DNA of 64,000 nt. It comes from a virus. Below the pieces are notes generated by a model. The model worked only from the letters and a program-made list of their open reading frames with translations, searched no databases and was not told where the DNA came from. Of this stretch, positions 57,336 to 64,000 are shown piece by piece (the first letter of the stretch is position 1; each line of letters starts with the position of its first letter). The DNA is taken from the IMG/VR virus record IMGVR_UViG_3300025723_000034, positions 2,242 to 66,241 of that record, one strand, 5' to 3'. The position numbers and the translations under genes were made by a program.

Positions 57336-58139
57336 TTATTGGTCAAAGCCAATTAGCGCGGTAACTGTTTTTCCGTATGGTACTGGGCTACTAAAGTATA
57401 GATAATACCCAGAACCAGTTCTACTACCTTCTGTAATGGTCAATGTAGTACCGTTAGCAATAGTTCCGGTGATAGTTGGTTTGTTAATAGTAATGCTAGT
57501 TAAAGCATCTGTATTTGGATCAGTTGTATATGAAACAATAGTAGTTCCGCTTTGTAAATATGAACTACCAGTAACAGTAGCACCAGTTATGTTAACTGCT
57601 GGATAGATAGTAATTCCACTTGTACCAGTTGTAGCATCAAAGTTAATAGTAGTTGATCCACTAGTTACAGCGCCATTAGTGTGACCTATGTATGTTTCAT
57701 TAGCAATACTTGGATTTTGTACAATAGTATAATTTGTACCGCTAATTTGTATAACGTTTTCAACAATAACTAGTATATTCTGCCCGCCCCAGGTTGTTCC
57801 GCTTTGTACTGTTGTAGGAGGAGCAGGATTTAAAGGACCAAAATAAACTGTGTTAGCATCACCGGCGCCGAGATTTTGTTGAGTAATTTGTGTTGATTCT
57901 TTGAAACGTAAACTTCTCCAACTTGATCCTTGATACACTTGAACTTCGTTATGGTCAACATTGTAACGTATCATTCCGTTAACTGGACTACTAGGAATCT
58001 GAGCATCAGTACCACTAGGCAACACCATACTTCCAGAATTGCGTGGATTAATATAGACGTTGGCATCTGCTACATCAGAATAAACTGTTGTAGATTTAAG
58101 TTGTCTGCGATTAATTGTTTGTCTTTTTAAGAATCTCAT
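57336..58139 (-). CDS. Virion structural protein
   Basis: N-terminal LPSGT...P..GMIRYN...QVYQG..W module. V.VENVIQ...Y and F.SPVP motifs. Confidence 0.65.
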   Translation of the reverse strand: MRFLKRQTINRRQLKSTTVYSDVADANVYINPRNSGSMVLPSGTDAQIPSSPVNGMIRYNVDHNEVQVYQGSSWRSLRFKESTQITQQNLGAGDANTVYFGPLNPAPPTTVQSGTTWGGQNILVIVENVIQISGTNYTIVQNPSIANETYIGHTNGAVTSGSTTINFDATTGTSGITIYPAVNITGATVTGSSYLQSGTTIVSYTTDPNTDALTSITINKPTITGTIANGTTLTITEGSRTGSGYYLYFSSPVPYGKTVTALIGFDQ

Positions 58140-58141
58140 TT

Positions 58142-58489
58142 TTACACCGGTAATGTACTAATAACGACACCAATTCCTGTACCTGAATAAGCCGAACTAG
58201 CTGTTGCGCAAACTATATCACCATTGCCTAAAACTAGTTTTTCTTGATCTAAACTTAGCGTTTCGCCGCCAGGTATACTTAAATTACTAACAATAGTAGT
58301 TTCTGGATTGTTGTAAGCATTTTTACCACTTGGTACAGCATAAAGAGATAATGTTATTGCGCTACCGCTATTATTACAAGCAATGATGCTAGTAATAGCA
58401 TTGTTGCCAGAACTTGTATAGATAGGAGTACCATTAGTAGTTCCGCTACTTAATGCGGTTGCTGTTATTTGAGTTGCTGTTAATGCCAT
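58142..58489 (-). CDS. Small virion beta-sandwich protein (paralogue of 34268 and 54386)
   Basis: Motifs IYTS, ITSIIACN, IPGGET and EKLVL.NGD. Confidence 0.7.
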   Translation of the reverse strand: MALTATQITATALSSGTTNGTPIYTSSGNNAITSIIACNNSGSAITLSLYAVPSGKNAYNNPETTIVSNLSIPGGETLSLDQEKLVLGNGDIVCATASSAYSGTGIGVVISTLPV

Positions 58490-58498
58490 GTTAGTTCC

Positions 58499-59572
58499 TT
58501 ATAGTAAAATACTTAGCAGTACTGCTCGGTTCTTACTTACTAATTCGTCGTTGTTGTATGAAAGTGCTCCATACGCTGTATTGTTTGTAAAGTATATACC
58601 AGTACGTCCTGGACCTTCTGCGGCTTTAGTGTAAATTTGAGTGCTAGTACTTAATGGACTAGTTACATCAGTTGACTGATTATCTAAATTTAGTATAGCA
58701 TTCACTTCTACGTGATTGTTAGTTGCGGTTAATGTTAAATTATTAACACTAACGTTGGTAATTGTATCACTAGAAAGCAACACATTGTTAACTTCAAAAC
58801 CGCCAGCTGTTACCTGTGCTTTAAGTTGTCCGCCTACTAAAAAGTCTATAGAAGAATTAGTAGTTCTAGCAACTGTATTATAACTTCCAGTCAACGGATA
58901 GTGGATAAGACTTACGTTAGCAACTCCGCTACTCGCACTTACATAACTTTTTATATACTGAACGTTTGGAATTTGATTATCGTTGCCGCCGTTTTCTGAA
59001 CCAATACGACTTTCATAGTTAGTACTGTTGACAATTCCTAAAGCAAATGTTCCGCCTTGCATGTCAAAGAATAAATCTTGTGTACTATCATTGACGATTG
59101 TTCTTAATTGTAATCCGTCTAAGTATGTTCCTGTAGAAGGATTGCTACTACTAGGTAATCTAGTTTTTAATTGGAAGGTACCTTTTATATTGTGTGTACC
59201 TATATAAGCATCACCATTTATAGCATTTGTCTGCGTTGGGTCATAGTGATATACTTGCTCGCTAAACACAAATTGTGCGGCATTTTGTGTACCACGCCAC
59301 ATTTCAATACCGCTTTGTCCATAAATTGGAGCCGATAAAGGTAATCCAGCGCCACTATATAATTGACCCGAATCACTGTTATAATTCAATTGAATTATAT
59401 TGTCTACTAGTGTAGACGAGGTACTGGCAATATTTGTTTGCGTACCCATAACATCAAGATTGCCAGTAATAGTAACTGTACCCGCTGAAGGGCCAGTGTC
59501 TAGAATGATGTTTCCACCATTTTGGACTTGTAATCTATAATCACTACTACTGACTTTAAGTACTCTTGACAT
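58499..59572 (-). CDS. Virion structural protein
   Basis: Motif VTITGNLDV.G..T......DNII.LN plus GIE..RG, seen in phage fibre/baseplate proteins. AAGGA RBS. Confidence 0.65.
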   Translation of the reverse strand: MSRVLKVSSSDYRLQVQNGGNIILDTGPSAGTVTITGNLDVMGTQTNIASTSSTLVDNIIQLNYNSDSGQLYSGAGLPLSAPIYGQSGIEMWRGTQNAAQFVFSEQVYHYDPTQTNAINGDAYIGTHNIKGTFQLKTRLPSSSNPSTGTYLDGLQLRTIVNDSTQDLFFDMQGGTFALGIVNSTNYESRIGSENGGNDNQIPNVQYIKSYVSASSGVANVSLIHYPLTGSYNTVARTTNSSIDFLVGGQLKAQVTAGGFEVNNVLLSSDTITNVSVNNLTLTATNNHVEVNAILNLDNQSTDVTSPLSTSTQIYTKAAEGPGRTGIYFTNNTAYGALSYNNDELVSKNRAVLLSILL

Positions 59573-59584
59573 TGTTAATCCTTA

Positions 59585-59610
59585 CGAGCCCCGAAGGGCT
59601 CGATTTTTTA
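59585..59610. terminator. UUCG-tetraloop hairpin, terminator-like on the + (antisense) strand
   Basis: CGAGCCC-CGAA-GGGCTCG followed by ATTTTTT on plus. On the coding strand the loop is UUCG and the stem abuts the RBS of 59572. Confidence 0.6.
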
Positions 59611-60933
59611 TTAAGCGTTTAGAATCTGAACTGTATCGGCAGTTGGTGTGCCGAATGTCCACTTGTATTGCTTGCCAGCAGTATAAACTGAACCTGCTGA
59701 TGAAGCACTAACACCGAATAATGCAGCTGGTGTGCTACCGATAGACACTGGTTGTACGGTACATGTACGGTTGTATAACTTACGAACTAAGTATGTACCA
59801 CCCGAAGCATCAACAGCAACAATGTTTAGTTCTTTACCTTCAGCGGCTGTGAAACCAGCTGTACCGTCAGCAACTGCGTCATAACGAATACGACCAATTT
59901 CTGTACCTAAACGATTTACTTCGCCTGTCTTGTTAAACTTGTAACGCTTGGTTGAAATTTGTTTTTGTAAATCAACTTCAACTAAGTTACCACCTGTATA
60001 AGCCCAAGCAAGGATTGCGTTTTCACGATTACTAAATGATCCTGCGGTTTGTGTTGTATCATCTACTGCAGCTACAATGTTAGCTGTTGCGGCAGCGGCA
60101 TCATTAGTACCAGTGAATGTAACAGCAAGAGTTTGTGCTGAATTGCTAGTAGCATATCCATCACCTACGTCTGTAAATGTTACTCCGTTAACACCGAATG
60201 TTGCTGGAGTAACTGTTAATCCAAGTCCGCCAGGTGTTGTAGTTGTAGTAGTTGCGCTTGGGCTAGCTACTAGTGCTGTAATTGCGCTCTGTAGATATGT
60301 TCCACCTGCGGTTACAGTAAGAGTTGCTACTGGACCAGCTTGTGTACCAACTAGTACGGTATTTGTACCTGTAACAGTACCTGCTGCAATTGTTAATGCT
60401 GTTCCTGCGATAGCATTAGCATATGAACTAGCAACAGTATATGTTGTTCCTGTACCTGCTACAATCCAGTAACGTGTGGATGCTACTAATCCTGAAGTAC
60501 CTGTGATTGCTCCAGTTAAGAAATCCATACCTGGAATGTATGCGGCGCTTGAACCAAATACAACTTGATTAGAACCGTTAACACTAGAAATAGTATTGCT
60601 AGCTGAGTTAGCAATAGTAGCAACAGTAGCAGTTACAGTACCACTATTTGTACCAAATGTAATTGCTTGACTAGTTTGATATGCTTTAGTACCTGTAGCA
60701 TTAACTGTTAAACTTTTAACTGCGAAAGTTGGAGTACCTGTTGCTGTAACACCGTTAGCAATTAATGGTGTTGGGAATGTTGTTGTTAAAGCTGTTGCGT
60801 GTGCCGCATTATATGTACCTGCGGCTGTAACTGTAACGCTAGCTAGCTTAGAACCACCAATACCATCATCGCTTGGTCTTGCTTCACCGATATTACGGTT
60901 ACCCATGTATTTTTTATTTAAGGGACGTCCCAT
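59611..60933 (-). CDS. Ala/Thr/Gly-rich virion protein (possible head decoration or fibre)
   Basis: Starts MGRPLNKK. Strong AAGGAG RBS, own late promoter, two genes downstream of the capsid gene. Confidence 0.65.
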   Translation of the reverse strand: MGRPLNKKYMGNRNIGEARPSDDGIGGSKLASVTVTAAGTYNAAHATALTTTFPTPLIANGVTATGTPTFAVKSLTVNATGTKAYQTSQAITFGTNSGTVTATVATIANSASNTISSVNGSNQVVFGSSAAYIPGMDFLTGAITGTSGLVASTRYWIVAGTGTTYTVASSYANAIAGTALTIAAGTVTGTNTVLVGTQAGPVATLTVTAGGTYLQSAITALVASPSATTTTTTPGGLGLTVTPATFGVNGVTFTDVGDGYATSNSAQTLAVTFTGTNDAAAATANIVAAVDDTTQTAGSFSNRENAILAWAYTGGNLVEVDLQKQISTKRYKFNKTGEVNRLGTEIGRIRYDAVADGTAGFTAAEGKELNIVAVDASGGTYLVRKLYNRTCTVQPVSIGSTPAALFGVSASSAGSVYTAGKQYKWTFGTPTADTVQILNA

Positions 60934-61021
60934 TTTGTTTTCTCCTTTAAGAAAAACGGCGTTCTAGGCCGTACGCGGTTGGATTTCCGCATAAAACTCA
61001 CCCCATGTGAGTCGTACTATG
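60934..61021 (-). ncRNA. Candidate three-hairpin cis-regulatory leader RNA
   Basis: Three consecutive stems lie between the late box (61029-61022) and the RBS; see findings. Confidence 0.5.
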
Positions 61022-61029
61022 TATTTATC
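61022..61029 (-). promoter_or_regulatory. Late promoter box (GATAAATA), overlapping the upstream stop codon
   Basis: Minus strand reads GGA-TAA-ATAC. Confidence 0.6.
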
Positions 61030-61615
61030 CGTAGGTGATGCTTAAGGCTACTTGGTTTAAGTAAGCCAAATCTCTGTGCGGATAAATTTCATTACTTCTA
61101 AAGCTAACAACAATACCAAAAGTAGGATCTGCTATATTGGCACTAGTAAGTCCTGTAGTTCCCCACAAATCTGCGGGTCCACCATATGTTCCAACATCTC
61201 CTACAGGCTGTGCTGGAGGTTCCATATAATCTCCTGTGTACATACTACTTTGTACAGGATTGATGGTACTGGCATAATTGCTACCTATTAATTCGCCATT
61301 AAGTGTGAGTTGTATTAATAAATCTTCAATACGACTAGCACGTTGTATACCTAATAATAATTCTATACCTATAACTGGACGATTATTATTGGGAATATTT
61401 AAATGTGTACACCACAGTTGACTAGTATTACTTAAAAACTTTTCCATCCATAATCCGCTTATGGTATACAGTCCTTTCTTTGATATAGCTTGGGCACCAT
61501 CAGAAATTACTGAAGGATTAAAATTCCAATCAATGCTGGGCATACCAGTGATATCATTAGCTATATTAACTTGATTAATTGCTGTTGGTGAATAGAAAGC
61601 AGTAGTGGTCATCAT
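61025..61615 (-). CDS. Hypothetical (likely virion) protein
   Basis: Motifs GIELLL and YGGPADLWG...FGIV. Start moved to the ATG at 61615, just after a GTAAATA box; the ORF-track start overlaps that box and abuts the terminator. Confidence 0.65.
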   Translation of the reverse strand: MMTTTAFYSPTAINQVNIANDITGMPSIDWNFNPSVISDGAQAISKKGLYTISGLWMEKFLSNTSQLWCTHLNIPNNNRPVIGIELLLGIQRASRIEDLLIQLTLNGELIGSNYASTINPVQSSMYTGDYMEPPAQPVGDVGTYGGPADLWGTTGLTSANIADPTFGIVVSFRSNEIYPHRDLAYLNQVALSITYG

Positions 61616-61629
61616 ATATTTACCCAAAC

Positions 61630-61654
61630 AAAAAGGGTTCCGAAGAACCCCTTT
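61630..61654 (-). terminator. Intrinsic terminator after the major capsid gene
   Basis: Minus strand GGGTTC-TTCG-GAACCC followed by TTTTTGTTT; UUCG loop as in T4 terminators. Confidence 0.88.
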
Positions 61655-61683
61655 GTTTTATTACTAACCCTTAGGTTATCAAA

Positions 61684-62865
61684 TTAACTAAACTTAACAT
61701 TAGATGAATTGATAGCAACTAGACCTAGATAGTCTGCAGCGTTACCTAATGAAGAAGCTGTATTAGACAACTCAACATAACCATAACGTGTCATGAATGA
61801 TACGACTGGTTCGAAAGTTGTTGGATCCAATACAACACCTGAGCTCATCAATGGGATATATGGGCAATAGAAAGCAGGAGCATCGCTCTCGCTTGAGCCT
61901 TTGTATCCAATTAGAATTGGAGCTGAGTCATATGAATAGCTGTTAACATAAATCTTCATAGCACCGTTCAATGTACCAACGAACTTGGTGTTTGTTGGAG
62001 CTTCGAATGTACCTTCTGTTGTACGAGCAAAAGCTGAAGTAGTAGCAGATTGTAGAATTGTTAAAGCAAATGGTGATACAACAGCGTAGTTACCAGCACC
62101 ACGACGTGTACGTTGAGCGATCAAGTTGCTTACGCGATTGATCTGAACAGCAAGAGCTGCATGCTCGTCACCAACGAATGTAGCTGTACCAGAAACTGCA
62201 GCTTGGTCATATGTCTGGCTAGCTGTACCAGCTAGAGCAGTCAATGAAGCGATAATTTCTTGGTCGATTTCAGCTGTGATTTCTTGAGCAAGAGCAGCCA
62301 TAACTTCAGCTTCAACGTCAATACCTTGTTGGGCTTGTGCGTCTTGTGCTGACTCAAATGTCCAACGAGCAGACAATTTACGAGTTTTAGCTTCAACTGT
62401 TTGTTTCAAGATTTGAATTGACATACGGTTACCAGCTACACCTTCTAGAGAAGCTGTAGTAGCAGCCTTAGCAAGACCATTAGCCTCATTCTGGTTACCA
62501 GAATAAGAACTAGCAATCTTGAATGGGCTTAATGCCTCTTCACCAGCTAACACACCAGCGCCTGATGAGCTATCAGCATAACGCACACGTAGAGTGTGGA
62601 TCTGACCAACTGGACCAGTCATTGGTTGTACACCTACTAACTCGTTAGCAATAACGGTAGGCATAACGCGGCGGATTACTGGAAGAATCACGCGGTTTAA
62701 TGTTGCAACGTTACCAGCAGAAGTGGCACCAGCTGTTGGAGATTCCATCAAATACTTGCGAGTATTCTCAAGGGTTACACCCATTACTGATTTTTTTGTG
62801 CCTTGTAAGCCTTCTAATAGGGCTTCCTTAGTTTCTGCCCAACGTCCGTTTAATAGTTCTGACAT
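61684..62865 (-). CDS. gp23: Major capsid protein (T4 gp23-like)
   Basis: Motifs RRVMP..IANELVGVQPMTGPVGQI, VEAKTRKLSARWT.E.AQD, EI.AEIDQEI, YCPYIPL, FEP and TRYG. Confidence 0.96.
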   Translation of the reverse strand: MSELLNGRWAETKEALLEGLQGTKKSVMGVTLENTRKYLMESPTAGATSAGNVATLNRVILPVIRRVMPTVIANELVGVQPMTGPVGQIHTLRVRYADSSSGAGVLAGEEALSPFKIASSYSGNQNEANGLAKAATTASLEGVAGNRMSIQILKQTVEAKTRKLSARWTFESAQDAQAQQGIDVEAEVMAALAQEITAEIDQEIIASLTALAGTASQTYDQAAVSGTATFVGDEHAALAVQINRVSNLIAQRTRRGAGNYAVVSPFALTILQSATTSAFARTTEGTFEAPTNTKFVGTLNGAMKIYVNSYSYDSAPILIGYKGSSESDAPAFYCPYIPLMSSGVVLDPTTFEPVVSFMTRYGYVELSNTASSLGNAADYLGLVAINSSNVKFS

Positions 62866-62876
62866 TTAAATTCTCC

Positions 62877-63968
62877 TTAAATTTTAAGTCCAGCAAGTTT
62901 ACGGATATCATAGATATCAGCTGACCCACTGCTATTTTGGTTGTTGGAAATCTTATTTCCGGTTATTTCTTTAGCCTCTACTAGTGCCTGTTTCTTCTGC
63001 GGAGCCTTACCATTCAATACTGAAGGCAAGTACTTTTCAAAACTTTCGTTTAGACGTTCTGTTTTCACAGTCTCCATCAATTCGCTCATGATTGCTTTTT
63101 GTTCACTGTTAAGTGGACCTAGCAACTCGCTCATGATTTGTTTTCTTGTTTGACTCTCTTTAAGAGTACGGATTTGAGCTTCTTTACTTTCTAAGAGCTG
63201 TTCTGCCTTGACTACTGCCTCTGCGGCTTCTTTCATGGCCATATCTTTCAAGTCTATGACTTTGAGTAATTTTGCTGTTTCCGATTTTTCATTTAGGTAG
63301 CTAGACTGATATTCGTGAGCAAAAGCTTCGAATAACTTACGTCCAAAGTCAGCACGACGAGCTGCCTCGATGTCTTCTTTCAATGTAGTAATTTCAGAAC
63401 GTAGTCCTGTTGTTACAACTGATTCAACCATCTTAGCGGCACGAGTTACAAACTCTTGTTTTACCTTCTTGATTTCTTCACGACCTTCGCGAACTAAGCG
63501 TACCTTAGTTTCAGCTAGATCACGTTTGTCTTGCATAAACTCTGTAATTTCTTGAGCTAGAGCCTCAACTACGAATTGTTCTAATGCGCCAAACTTACCT
63601 GCCATTGTTACTTGATCTTCATGAAGTTCACGAACTTCTTTAGCTAGTTGACGTGTAACAAATTCCTTCATTACCACAGCATCTTGCTGCATCTTCTTAG
63701 CGTATTTGACTTTCATCTCAGCTAATTGATTGCGATCATCGGCAAACTCAACAATCTCAGCAGAAAGTTGCTCGCTGATCATTCGATCAACAGCTTCAAT
63801 CATTGTGTTTTTGTCGTGTTCGTATTTTTGTGCGAATTCTTCGCGTAGTTGTTGAGTAGCTTGTTCTTTAGCTTCGTTAATACGGGCTTCGAACGCTTGC
63901 TCGATTGACTCTTTGATCTCTTCTGAAATCACATTGTTTTCAAATAACGATTTTAGTGCATCCAACAT
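62877..63968 (-). CDS. Prohead core/scaffold protein (T4 gp22-like)
   Basis: Glu/Lys-rich coiled coil directly upstream of the capsid gene. AAGGAG RBS. Confidence 0.8.
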   Translation of the reverse strand: MLDALKSLFENNVISEEIKESIEQAFEARINEAKEQATQQLREEFAQKYEHDKNTMIEAVDRMISEQLSAEIVEFADDRNQLAEMKVKYAKKMQQDAVVMKEFVTRQLAKEVRELHEDQVTMAGKFGALEQFVVEALAQEITEFMQDKRDLAETKVRLVREGREEIKKVKQEFVTRAAKMVESVVTTGLRSEITTLKEDIEAARRADFGRKLFEAFAHEYQSSYLNEKSETAKLLKVIDLKDMAMKEAAEAVVKAEQLLESKEAQIRTLKESQTRKQIMSELLGPLNSEQKAIMSELMETVKTERLNESFEKYLPSVLNGKAPQKKQALVEAKEITGNKISNNQNSSGSADIYDIRKLAGLKI

Positions 63969-63981
63969 GTGATTCTCCTTA

Positions 63982-64000
63982 TTATTGGAGTTTGTTTATT
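63982..64000 (-). CDS. 3' end of an upstream gene (prohead protease expected by synteny)
   Basis: Only ...INKLQ-stop is visible. The identity is inferred from the T4-like order protease-scaffold-capsid. Confidence 0.3.

Noticed and set aside
1-64000. Stop-codon reassignment, introns or inteins
   Set aside because: Genes are full length and densely packed in the standard code, TAA, TAG and TGA all end genes, and no split genes or intein motifs were seen.

Overview
This window is the morphogenesis region of a large, AT-rich, T4-like (myovirus, probably jumbo) phage read in the standard genetic code. The right end encodes the prohead scaffold and major capsid protein. Next come virion and fibre genes, including two giant paralogous proteins of 2808 and 3620 aa, an S74-chaperone fibre and three polyglycine adhesin-like paralogues. 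The left end encodes neck and tail-completion proteins, a dNMP kinase, an HNH nuclease, an enlarged tail sheath and the tail tube. Between these blocks lie a phage groES-groEL pair and a ~16 kb island (13.9-29.7 kb). The island holds 4 flavin-dependent tryptophan-halogenase-family genes, 11 Fe(II)/2-oxoglutarate oxygenase-fold genes, 2 related Cys-Pro hypotheticals and an SGNH hydrolase. Its transcription units carry the same TAAATA late-promoter box as the structural genes. My leading hypothesis is a late-expressed halogenation/hydroxylation system that tailors virion fibre or adhesin proteins. Two GC-rich multi-hairpin leaders (55781-55909 and 60934-61021) are candidate cis-regulatory RNAs. 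All calls come from motif reading and gene order; no database search or folding program was run.
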